From NCBI RefSeq assembly GCF_009914755.1, contig NC_060930.1: DNA of 64,000 bases; one strand, written 5' to 3'. Source of the stretch: the human T2T-CHM13v2.0 reference genome, Homo sapiens. The position numbers and the translations under genes are program-made. Under the pieces are notes generated by a model. It saw only the letters and a program-made list of their open reading frames with translations. It ran no database searches and was not told where the DNA came from. Below, piece by piece: positions 11,900-23,284 of this stretch (position 1 is the stretch's first letter; each line of letters opens with the position of its first letter).

Positions 11900-12350
11900 A
11901 AGGGCTCCAAACCTAGTTTCAGAGTCTGACACACAGGAACTTTCGTATACAGCACCCGGTTATACACAGCTTTCTCCCTCGTCCGCCGGATTCAGTGTCT
12001 GTCGTTATTGGGTTCATAATCGAGATCCTAGGTCCCGCATCCCCTTTAATAGCAGGCAAGGGCGCGCAGAGACTCAGGTCCCTTCTCCCAAAGTAGAAAT
12101 GGCCTTGAAAAGAGGCTGAACTTCGGAAGTGGCCTCGGAGGGAGGCCTAGCAACCGCGTCCTCCTCTTTGCGCTGCCTCTTGGATGCTAGTCGCGTACGC
12201 GGCCTCAGTCTGCGAACTACAATTCCCAGAAATCTCCGAGCTGCTTATCGTCACAGTACCTTAGACTCAATTCCCCAGAAGTCTTAGGATTTCCACGCGC
12301 CTCAGAAACCCCGTGTGAGGTCATCGGCTTTCACCCTAAGAATCTAAAGG
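11900..12350. promoter_or_regulatory. Orphan CpG-rich promoter-like element
   Basis: Local CpG enrichment in non-repeat sequence. ETS CGGAAGTG 12124-12131, RFX half-site CCTAGCAAC 12146-12154, palindrome CGCGTACGCG 12192-12201, ZNF143 motif ACTACAATTCCCAGAA 12216-12231 and a second degenerate copy at ~12265-12282. Confidence 0.75.
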
Positions 12351-13069
12351 CTAGCTGGGTGGGTAAAGTGCTGTCTCTGTAGTGGGTCTCGTTTTGCGGG
12401 GATTGTCCAACAGGAATAGCTTCTTTTCATTTCTTTTTCTAACAAAGTGATAATTCAGAATGCTACCTTTGTCCTTTTTTTGTTAGATTTTATTCACATG
12501 TATTTTCCAAGCCTATTACATTCGTCTACATTTCTGATTTGTGGGCTGTGAGATTGAAGAAAGATGAGCCACTAGATAAAGGTTTTCACTATCATTATAA
12601 TAATTCAGCCCATCAAAGGCGGCTTGATCTTTCCCCCAACATTTTCCTTGCTAACCCCTCCCTTTCTCTGTTCTCAGCAATACGCACAAATACACACCCT
12701 GAAAAGCATAAAGGGATGAAAAGCCAAAAAAACAAAACAAAACAAAACAAAACACCGCTCAGATCATCCCTGGGCATGTTAGTATATACTTCCAGCCCTT
12801 TTACAATTTAGATATTTATATATCTATATACAAAGAAAGATTATGTGTATTAGGTTTATGCTTAACAAAAATGTTATAATTTATACTTAACAAAATGTTC
12901 ACATATTCATTTTAAACTTTTTCCGATGTTAATATTCTTTTACAATGTAATTTTGAATTCTTATACCACGTATCAGCATTTCTTTGCAGGCTTTCTGTTT
13001 ATTTGGAATCTCTAGCAAATGCTTGAGTCTGCTCTTGTTGAAACATTGTAAAATTATTTTATTAGTTGT

Positions 13070-14488
13070 TGTGTCTGGAAATGGTGGGTTCTTGGTCTCA
13101 CTGACTTCAAGAATGAAGCCACGAACCCTCGCGGTGAGCGTTACAACTCCTAAAGTGGCACGCCTGGAGTTTGTTCCTTCTGATGTTTAGATGTGTTCAG
13201 TTTCTTCCTTCTGGTGGGTTCGTGGTCTCCCTGGCTCAGAAGTGAAGCTGCAAACCTTTGCGGTAAGTGTTAGAGCTCTTAAGGCACCGCGTCTGGAGTT
13301 GTTCGTTCTTCACGGTGAGGTCTCTGGTTTCAGGAATAACGCTGCAGACTTTTGTGATAACTTTTACAGCTCACAAAAGTAGTGTGAGCACAAAGAGTAA
13401 GCAGCAGCAAGATTTATTGCAAAGAGTGAAAGAACAAAGCTTCCACAGGGTACAAGGAAAGCCGAGAGAGTTGCCACTGCTGGCCCCGCAGCCTGCTTTT
13501 ATTCTCTTATCTGGCCCCACCCACATCCTGCTGATTGGTAGAGCCGAGTGGTCTGTTTTGACAGGGCGCTGATTGGTGCGTTTATAATCCCTGAGCTAGA
13601 CACAAAGGTTCTCCACCTCCCCACCAGATTAGTTAGATACAGAGTATGGACACAAAGGTTCTCCAAGGCCCCACCTGAGTAGCTAGATACAGAGTGTCGA
13701 TTGGTGCATTCACAAACCCTGAGCTAGACACAGGGTGCTGATTGGTGTGTTTACAAACCTTGAGCCAGATACAGAGTGCCGATTGGTGTATTTACAATCC
13801 CTGAGCTAGACATAAAGGTTCTCCACGTCCCCACCAGATTCAGGAGCCCAGCTGGCTTCACCCAGTGGACCCCGCACTGGGGCTGCAGGTGGAGCTGCCT
13901 GCCAGTCCCGCGCAGTGCGCCCACACTCCTCAGCCCTTGGGTCGTCGATGGGACTGGGCGCCGTGGAACAGGGGGTGGCGCTCGTCAGGGAGGCTCGGGC
14001 GGCACAGGAGCCCATGGAGGGGGTGGGAAGCTCAGGCATGGCGGGCTGCAGGTCCCGAGGCCTGCCCCGCGGGAAGGCAGCTAAGGCCGGGTGAGAAATC
14101 GAGCGCAGCACCGGTGGGCTAGCACTGCTGGGGGACCCAGTACACCCTCCGCAGCCGCTGGCCCAGGTGCCAAGCCCCTCATTGCCCGGGGCCGCCAGGG
14201 CCGGCCGGCTGCTCCAAGCGCGGGGCCCGCCAAGCCCACGCCCTCCCGGAACTCCAGCTGGCCCGCAAGCGCTGCGCGCAACCCTGGTTCCCGCTCGCGC
14301 CTCTCCCTCCACACCTCCCTGCAAGCTGAGGGAGCCGGCTCTGGCCTTTGCCAGCCCAGAAAGGGGCTCCCACAGTGCAGTGGTGGGCTGAAGGGCTCCC
14401 CAAGTGCCGCCAAAGTGGGAGCCCAGGCAGAGGAGGCGCCGAGAGCGAGCGAGGGCTGTGAGGACTGCCAGCACGCTGTCACCTCTCA
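13070..14488 (-). mobile_element. Solo LTR12C (HERV9 LTR), ~1.42 kb
   Basis: Minus strand starts TGAGAGGTGACAGCGTGCTGGCAGTCC and ends ...CCAGACACA. GC-rich U3, tandem CCAAT-containing repeats ~13530-13800, 4-bp TSD ttgt/ctgt with one mismatch. Confidence 0.93.
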
Positions 14489-17400
14489 CTGTGACAATGA
14501 CCTCATGGTTATGTTTAAAGGAAGAAAAAATCCTTACATGCTAACAAGTCAAATAGTAAAATGTCTGGAACTTTAAAATACTTCAGGAATAAATGAAAGT
14601 GGGAAGTAGGGGCAGGGACTGCTGAACAAGATTGGCAAAGTATTTATCATTGTTGATGTTAGTGAAGGATACACAGGAGTTCACCATACTGTTCTATTTT
14701 GTGTCTATTTGAAATTTTCTGCAATAAACTTAAAAAAAATGTATACCAGCATTCCTCTTAGAACAAGTGAAACCAGCTAATTCTTTCCTGCCTCACGTTC
14801 AGGTCGTTCTTGGTCACTGCTCAAATGAATTTTCACCTCCGCTGTCATCTTCTTACTACTCAGTGATTCTTTTCCCTGGGACCCATCCTCTTCCTAGTGT
14901 TTCCACAGTACCTCTGAAACTAAATAAATCTTAACTCTTCCCAGAACACCGTTTCTATCTTCGGGCTGTCTCCCAGATCTCACTCTCTTCAGATACTGCT
15001 TCCTTATCAAGATCAGAGTTCTTATTCTCCTGAGTCCAAAGACTGTGGTGGTATCCCATAGATTGCCTCTACCAATTTCAAGCACACTGGTGTATTTCTA
15101 CTACAGGTTTCTAAAACCACATCTCCTTTGAGGTACAAGGCACAATAAGGAACAAACCATCTGGCTCTTGTACCCCTTATCTCCCCTTATCACCATCACC
15201 TGTACAACTCCTAATCCCTCATACATACATCTAGCATACCTCTGTCATCTGGCTTATAGCCTTCCACTCTATCTCATGTCTCAGTTAATCCTGAGTGACA
15301 TCAATGTGCCTGACAGAGTAGATGCCCAGTAAATATTGAATCAATCAATATCCACGTGTATGAATCATCCAGCAAACATTCGCTTTTTATTTGCATCCCT
15401 GGGATCTGGCAGGCAGGAATCCCCACGCCTGTGAGTGATGCAGCATCTGCGGCCTGTGCTTTTCTCCTCCCACTGGTGAATCTAATCCTTCTCTTTTTAA
15501 TTCTTGTTCCAAAAGTCCTCCTCCTCCTCTGCCTTTAGAAGGTGCCTGCCATCTGCTCCCCACCCACAACCTTCTGTCCTTCACAGTGTTCACACCCACC
15601 ACTTAGCTCCTATCCATCCCAACTGCCAGAGATACCATTTCTTTCTGCCTCCTGTGTGACTTTGCCCTCAAACTCTACAATTTTCAATCTCTCCTTTTCT
15701 AGTGACTTATTTCATTATCATTTTAAGCAGGTCTAGATAAGTCCCTACTATTTAAAAACATCTTCATTAAACCCACACGCTATTAGTCAGCAAGCTAATT
15801 CCTTTTAATACAGTCAGATTTCAGTTCCTTTGGACTATTACTATTTCCTTCATTCTCTTCCTTGCCATCCACTTATTCCATAGCCTCTTAAATTTGACCT
15901 ATTTCTCTGAAACTCAATTATGTCCTATCTTAGGGAAAGGAAAATTAAAACTACACTGATAACATTTCACCAGTCAGATAGGCAAAGATTCCTGAATATG
16001 ACAACATAGTCTTTGTCAAGACTGTGGAGAAAGAATTTCATGTGTTGATGGTAGGGGTAATAAGCCCATGAATATCTGGCAAACTTACAAATTTCTCTAC
16101 AGAAACCTAAATGGCAAACAGCTAATGAAAAAGAATGAAGCAACTCTCTATATGAAAAGATTTCTAGAACGTATTATTGAGTGAAAAAGAGCCAGGTCTA
16201 TAACACTCTATGTAAAAAAAAAAAAAAAAAAAAAACAATTAAAACAAGAAAGTGTATTTATATTTGCTTATGTCTTTACCAAAGCTCTGGAAGGATGAAC
16301 AAAATAATTAAAGTGGTTACTTGGGGTTCTTAGACAGATGGAGAACGGGGTAGGAGTGACAAATTTTTCGTTTTTGTACTTTATGATTTTTGAACCACAT
16401 GACTGTTCATATTTATTCAAAAACTTAACTTTTCTGAGAACTGCACTAACGCCTAGTTGGTAAAGCTATTCTTCCTGGTACAAATTCTAACTCAGTAGCA
16501 TGCTATACCACCAATCCTTCCTTGGAATTTCCTCATCTAGCTTTTGAGGGCTTTACCCTCCTACTTCTCTGACTTACCTTACTTCTCATTCTTTGACTCT
16601 TCTGTTTCTTGAGTGCAGACATTTTCCAAAGTTCTGTCTTTAGCATCTTTCATCTGTCTCTCTCTAATCTCTTTCTGCTGCAACTTAAACCATTACCTCT
16701 GTGTACTAGGTCTACATCTCTGCACAGGGCCTTCCTCCTGAGCTCAAGACCCACATTTCCAGCTACTTCCTAGTTGTCTCCAGATCCATATCAGCATTCT
16801 GTTGGCACCACAAACTAATGTGTCCAAAAAGGAGCTAATCATCTTCAATCCAGCTTTTTCTATTGGCTACCACGTTTGGTGGTGTCACCTAACCAAAAGA
16901 GGGCATTTTGGTGGTCACAATAGCTGGGAGTGCCACTCAAATTTAGTGGGCAGAAGTCAATGATGATAAACATCCTAAAAAGTCTGGTAAATGCCAATAG
17001 GGTAATTACCTCACCATCTATACCAACCTCTTGGTTCAAAATCTGATGTCATTTACAACTCTTCTCTTTTTCTTACCCACATACTTAGTTGGTCATCAAG
17101 TCCCATAGATTCTATCTCTGAAATATCTCCTCCCCTTTGCTCCTGTCACTGACTTAATTCAAATATGAGCTCTCAGCTACAACTTTGTCAAAGCTTTCTA
17201 AACTGGCCTCTGCTTTGAATCTTCCTTTTCCTACTTTCACATTGCTGTCAGAGTTCTCTTCCCCCAAAACATCTGATCATGACCCTCTTCAATAAACAAT
17301 ATAACCCAAGCTCTAGCATGAAAGCCCAGTTTTTCATCTTTCTCTCCACTTCTAATCTGTGTGGGCAAAGCAGTTATTTCCACTGCCTCTTTACTCTCTT

Positions 17401-18859
17401 CTGGAAAGGGATGAAGTCATGAGAAATAACTGGTCCTACTCAGGATTTACTAGGATTCCCATGTAAAAAATCACCATGCACACGTTTATTGGAATCTCCC
17501 TTTCTTCCCTACAAAGATCAAGGTTCACCTCCTTCTGGGACTTAAAGATGGACCAAGGACATAGCATCCAGCGTCAATGAATAAAGGTCAAGTCTGGGAC
17601 ACAAGACATGTCTGCTGAATCTCTGTATCTATTCTCATCCGACCCAAACTCCACTGGTAAATGGAAGACACTCTTTCCTAAAACCTCCCTGACTCAAGAG
17701 ACATTTGAGGAAACCAAATGCTAAGTAACTTACTAATTAGGTATGTGAAACTAAAATATGAGTTTCACCAACTGGCATGGTCTGGAAAAAGGCCGCAGGC
17801 TCAGGAAACCCACGTTTCTAGTTTCTGTGGTACTACTAACCAGTTATAACTAGTGATACGATATTACATAATGAGACCTGAGCCTCAGTTTTTCTCATCT
17901 GCAGAATTGGAGATAATACTCCAAGTCTTCCTGTGGGAATATGAGAAAATGAATAAAGTTATGATATACTGATAAGGAAAACACTCCCCCAACTTTCATT
18001 TAAGTCATAAAATCTGGCTAAGTGTTGGTGAGTGAGCAGGCTGTGTACTCCTTCCCGCCTCAGCAGCAGACACAAAGGGTCTCTTCTTCTCAAATTTCAG
18101 GAACTTCCTCACATAAGGGAGAACTTGCCGGGAAAGCCTGGACTGGATACTGGAAGAATAATATTAGCTAAGTCTGTGACCTCAGAAGCTAAGTCATAAA
18201 AGGTGTTGTGGTTTCCTCCTTGCTTTCTTTCTTGGTCACTTACACAGAATACCTCCATCCATTGGTTATTGTGGTTATGAATGCACACACTTATGTACAT
18301 GAACCTACAGAAGTAATAGGGTTAGGATCTCTGTCTCCACAATTACACATTAGAGGTCACATTCTTTGCCTCTCTTCCTTTTGCGACAAACTTGCTTCTA
18401 CTTTGTTGTATTCATCATATTGGCAAGAGCCTGGCAGTCATTAGAGAAGCAGCCTGGTCTAAAGCATTCTTTCTCAGCTTCACTGCAAGTTCTTCCCCTC
18501 TTTTCTGCACTCAGCAACGTTAACCTATGTCCCTCTCTGGATGCTTATTATCCTCTATCTTTTGGTGCCCTGTGTTTGTGCTTATCTTTTTCAGATTATG
18601 TTGTTAGCTTCTTGCGGGCTGAGCTCTCATCAGTCAGTGGTGCTCTGGTGCCTGGTGCCCCCAACCTGAAGGTTTAATAAATATTGTTAAGTAAATGAGT
18701 GAATGGTTGATGGATGATTGCCTCCTGACACTCCCACTGTGCCTCATTTCCTTACACACCCAGTTACAGCTTTGCACTATTCTCTTCTTTTTGCCCCTCC
18801 ATGTGCATTCTTTACTCTCCTCTGAGCCCCAGCAAAAGGCTGATCTCTATGGACTCTGT

Positions 18860-19397
18860 GGGCAGGGGGGCAAACTTTTACTTCTATTCTCTTAGTGTAT
18901 TTGTTTGTTTGTTTGGCTCGGCCTAAGAATTAAATTGACATAAGTCAGATCAATGGAGAAAAACATACAAGCTTATTTAATACAAGTTTTTTGTGGCACA
19001 GAGCCTTCATAAGGAAATAAAGACCCAAAGAAACAGTTAAAGTTGAAAACTTATATAGTGAATTGGACAAAGAGTAGTAACTTGTGAAAATGTGACAAGG
19101 CAAAGGGGGTTGGGCTAGAGAAGTTAATTGGGTGGAGAAGTGACTAGGAAGATAAGAGTTAATTTAACAGGGTTTGTTTGTACAGATTTCCCTCAGCCTC
19201 AACTTCTCATTCTTGATGACAAGAATTAAATTTTCCTTCCTGTATAGGGAGGGCATCTTTCACACGGGGATTTTATCTTCTGCATTTAAGGTCAGAGTGA
19301 TCTTATGCACCTGCTGTATTTCAAATGCCTTTAACTCAAAATAGTCAATATCCCAGAGTAGCATATTTTAGGATGGTATGTTCTGAACTGTTTTAAC
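18860..19397 (-). mobile_element. ERV1 LTR, MER34-like
   Basis: Minus strand starts ..gttcagaacataccatcctaaaatatgctact..tattttgagttaaaggca. Confidence 0.6.
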
Positions 19398-19469
19398 TGC
19401 ATAGGTGGGACAAGAGACAAGTCATGGTATTATTCCCCACCCACCCACCCCCAGGTCTGCTTACACTAA

Positions 19470-19883
19470 CCCCTGGAACCCGTGAATATTATTTGTCAAA
19501 AAAAGGACTTTGCAGGCATGATTAAGTCAAGGATCTTGAGATAAGGAGGTTATCCTGGTTAGCAGCGTGGACTCTAAAAGCAAGCACATGTATTCTTGTA
19601 AGAGGGAAGGCAGAGAGAGATTTGCTGACAGACACAGAAGAGGAGGGTACAATGGAGGCAGAGATTGGAGTGATGCAGCCACAAGCCAAGGAATCCTGGC
19701 AACTACCACAAGCTGGAAGAGGCAAGGAATAGTCTTCCCTGGAACTTGCCAACACCTTAATTTTGGCCCAGTGAAACTTAATTCAGACTTCTGGATTCCA
19801 GAACTAATGAGAATAAATCTCTGTTGTTTTAACCAAGCATATTTGTGGCAATTTATTGCAGTGTTCATAGGAAACAAATATAC
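19470..19883 (+). mobile_element. MLT1D-like MaLR LTR
   Basis: ggactttgcagg..attaag..gatcttgagat...agaataaatctctgttgttttaacc...ataggaaacaaata. Confidence 0.8.
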
Positions 19884-19999
19884 TCTTCTTTTGCCCTTGC
19901 TCTTTCAGGGTCAGGAGTGTTCATGTTTTACTACAATTGCTAAAAGTTCGCGTCCCACTGACCTTTGTTTATACTTTCTTCAATTAATGTAGTACCACT

Positions 20000-20223
20000 T
20001 TCTTGCTGGGACTCTGCCAAGAGATGCAGTGAAGAAAATAAAGGCACAAACAACAAGAGGTCCCTGAAAATACCTTATTTCACCAATAGACCCATCCTTT
20101 AATTTTCATTCTTGCTGGGACTCTGCCAAGAGATGCAGTGAAGAAAATAAAGGCACAAACAACAAGAGGTCCCTGAAAATACCTTATTTCACCAATAGAC
20201 CCATCCTTTAATTTTCATTCTTG
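20000..20223. repeat. Perfect 109-bp tandem duplication
   Basis: 20000-20108 is identical to 20109-20217; TTCTTG occurs at 20000, 20109 and 20218. Confidence 0.95.
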
Positions 20224-20924
20224 GGCAGTGCTGGGGCCATCAGCTCCTCAGAACTGTTGTTCCAGATTTCCCTTGGCCCTGTATATTCTCCTCAGAACTA
20301 CATTTCTCAGAGGCCACAATCAAGATGAATCCCCTCACCTCTATTCAGGGATGGGTTCATCCATGACCTGGAGGGGCCTATCTGAGGCAAAGGATGTGTT
20401 CAAGACAGGATCTAGATACAAGTCCCATCCCACTGTGAGGTCATTCATGTTGGTCCCCCATTCCCTCCCCTCACCACATTATCTTCACAGCAACAAATCC
20501 AGAGATAGATACATGTCTCTGACCTTTCTTTTGTATCAAACTATTTTTCCTGGGAACAACTCTCTACCATCAGTTGGACAGAAATAAAAATTTAATAATT
20601 ATAGTTGACAGGAGGAAATGTTAATGGATTGATTTTTTTCTCAGCATTAACTTATTCTGCAATATTTCTTAAACCTTTAGCAACTGCCAACACTCTCTAG
20701 TACTGATAGACCACAGAATAAAAGAACAGGAAGCATAAGTAACAGTATGTCTTGTTCCAATCCAGCAAGTAGGCATGGTTTTAATTTTACACTGTGCTTT
20801 CATAGTAGAGCCAGAATTTCTATAGGGAAACAATTTGATTCCTAACATCTGTGTGTGAAGATTTCCAGTTGAAATAATGAGTTGTGCTTAATCAAGGACT
20901 CACATTGGGGTGCTGGGATGGCAC

Positions 20925-21322
20925 CCCACAAAGGCACGATGGATGCCCCAAAACCACCCCAAATTTGGTTTAGATGTCAAGACTGATGACTCCACACACA
21001 CTAAAGGAGTAAGAAGGTTTATTATTCACACAATGAGACTCACAGGTAAAGTATGGCAGGCTCCCAAACTAGTCCGAAAATGTATTGAGAGAAAGCAGGG
21101 AGAGGTTTCTAGCTTGGAGTTTTATGGTGGTTAGGGGATGGGACTGGGATAAGGGTTTCCCATGCAAGGCAGGGCTTACATAGTTTGAACAACTCCCACC
21201 CCCACCTTGCTAGGACACCAAGGGAGAGAGCATCCAAACTTTCTTATCAGCTGTCCAGATGTGGTACAGAAAGGAAGAAGGGTTGGCTTGAAAGCTGTCG
21301 GCAGTCAACTATCATAAAAGGA
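20925..21322 (-). mobile_element. ERVL-class LTR (MER74/LTR53-like, family uncertain)
   Basis: ccccaaatttggtttagatgtcaagactgatga...aaggtttatt resembles a reversed LTR 3' end with AATAAA. Confidence 0.5.
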
Positions 21323-21774
21323 AACAGACAATTACAGGTAGTTTCTGCATTATGGGCCAATAACTTGTAGAAAAGACGTGAAAGTGGATTTGTAGCAAGT
21401 GTGAAGGACAGAGGGCCAGTAGCTGAAGTAAAGCATGATTTTGAATATCCACATCCTGTTTGATATTTATACAATCCTCTTTCTCAGCTGCCTGAACTGC
21501 AGAAAGAAGGAACAGTAATAAAGACTAAGGAAAATTTCTTAATTAAAGAGCTGCTTCTTAAAAAAAATCTCTATTAGCCGTTTAAGGCAAAGGGAACATC
21601 CCTGCTTTGTAGCACAAGTAACAAAAGATCTCAAGAGATGATGACAGGCCTTTTCTGAGATAGGAGAGGCTGCAGGGAGAGGGGTCTTTTTTGTGCCTTC
21701 TTCTTGGAACGCTCTTTCTCCCAGATCTTTCTGTGGTTTCCTCTTCTCATCCTTCAGGACTGTGGGAGATTCTA

Positions 21775-22335
21775 CTTTCCAAAAATGGCCACAGCAATAT
21801 TTGCAGTCCCAAATGTTCTTCCAGAACCTTGCTAGTCTCTGGTAAGAAGTGAAGGCTATTCTCCCATTCCACCTCCCAACCTGGGTGGGATATTTTTACT
21901 GCATCCATGAATAGTATTTGACAGAAGTGCCAGTGAGTGACTTCCATGGCTAGGTTATAACAAGTGAGATGTCATCTGATACCTGACTCTCTCTCAGGAT
22001 GCTCACCTTTGGAACCCAGCCACCATAACGTGAGAAAGCCCAGGCCATCTGGAGAGACAACCTGTGAATCTTTTGGCCTATGGCAAAACTAGGGACTCAG
22101 CAGATAGCCAGTGTCAACTGCCAGATATGTAATTGAGTGAGCCTATAGATGACTTCAACCCCAGCCTTCAAGTCTTCCAACTGAGCACCAGACAGACATC
22201 ATGGGACAGAGACAAACTATGCCCTCTGTGCCCTGTCCAAATTCCTGACCCACAAATCCATGACCATAATAACTGATTGTTTTAAGCCACTATGTTTTGG
22301 GATAATTTGTTATACAGCTGTAGTAAGTGAAACTC
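21775..22335 (+). mobile_element. MLT1F/G-like MaLR LTR
   Basis: aaaatggccaca...ttggaacccagccaccat...ttttaagccactatgttttgggataatttgttat. Confidence 0.75.
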
Positions 22336-22936
22336 AGTTAAGATGTCACCTCAGAGGCTTTCTTGACATTGCTCACCAAAATCACATGCACCAGTCATTC
22401 TCCATCACATTACCCTATTTCATTTTCTTTATATTTTTTACTGTGGTAAAATATACATAACATAAACTTTCCTATTTTAACCATTCTCAAGTGTACAATT
22501 CAGTGGCATTAAGTATATTCACAATGCTGAGCAATCACCACTGTTCATCATTCCAAACAGAAATTTTCTGTCTATTAAATAATAACTCCCCATTCCCCTC
22601 TCCTCCTAACTGCTGGAAACTGTAATCTACTTTATGTCTCTGTAAGTTTGCTTATTCTAGATACCTCACCTAAGTGGAATCATACCATATTTGCCCTTTT
22701 GTGTCTGGCTTATTTCACTTAGCATAATGTTTTCAAGGTTCATTCATGTTGTAACATGTATCAGAATTTCCTTCCTTTTTCAGCTTGAATAATATTCTAT
22801 TGTATGTGTATACCACATTTTGTTACCCATTCAATTATTAATGGACAATTGGGTTGCTTCTACCTTTTGGCTATCATAAATAATGCTGTTATGAATACGG
22901 ATGCACAAATATCTCTTCAAGATCTTGCTTTCAATT

Positions 22937-23284
22937 TTTTTCCTTCCTTCCTTCCTTCTTTCCTCTTTCTTCCTTCCTTCCCCTTCCTTCCTTCCTTTCT
23001 TTCTCTTTTTCTTTCTTTCTTCTTTCTTTCTTTTTCTCCTTCCTTCCTTCTTTCCTTCCTTCCTCTCCCTCCCTTCCTTCCTTCCTTCCTCTCCCTCCCT
23101 TCCTTCCTTCCTTCCTCTCTTTTCTTTCTTCCTCTCTTTTCTTTCTTTCCTCTTTGTTTGAGACAGGGTCTTGCTTTGTCACCCAGGCTGCAGTGCAGTG
23201 GTGCAACCATAGCTCACTGCAGCCTCAGTCTCCTGGGCTCAAGTGATCCTCCCGCCTCAGCCTCCTGAGTAGCTAAGACTACAT
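22937..23284 (-). mobile_element. 5'-truncated AluJ right arm with ~220-bp (GAAA/GGAA)n tail
   Basis: TSD ttgctttcaatt 22925-22936/23285-23296. Confidence 0.88.

Noticed and set aside
11990-12050. tRNA-Met-like stretch gggttcataatcgag
   Set aside because: No acceptor stem, T-arm (GTTCGA) or cloverleaf could be built.
13530-13830. Spaced direct repeats (ctgagctagac...gattggtg) superficially like a CRISPR array
   Set aside because: This is the LTR12 U3 enhancer repeat array in primate DNA; the spacers are not unique and there are no cas genes.
13191-14576. Cluster of long overlapping ORFs (up to 227 aa)
   Set aside because: They lie in the GC-rich LTR12C, where stop codons are scarce; no protein motif.
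22804-23268. F/L/S/P-rich and K/E/R/G-rich ORFs (also 31737-32075)
   Set aside because: Translations of microsatellites.
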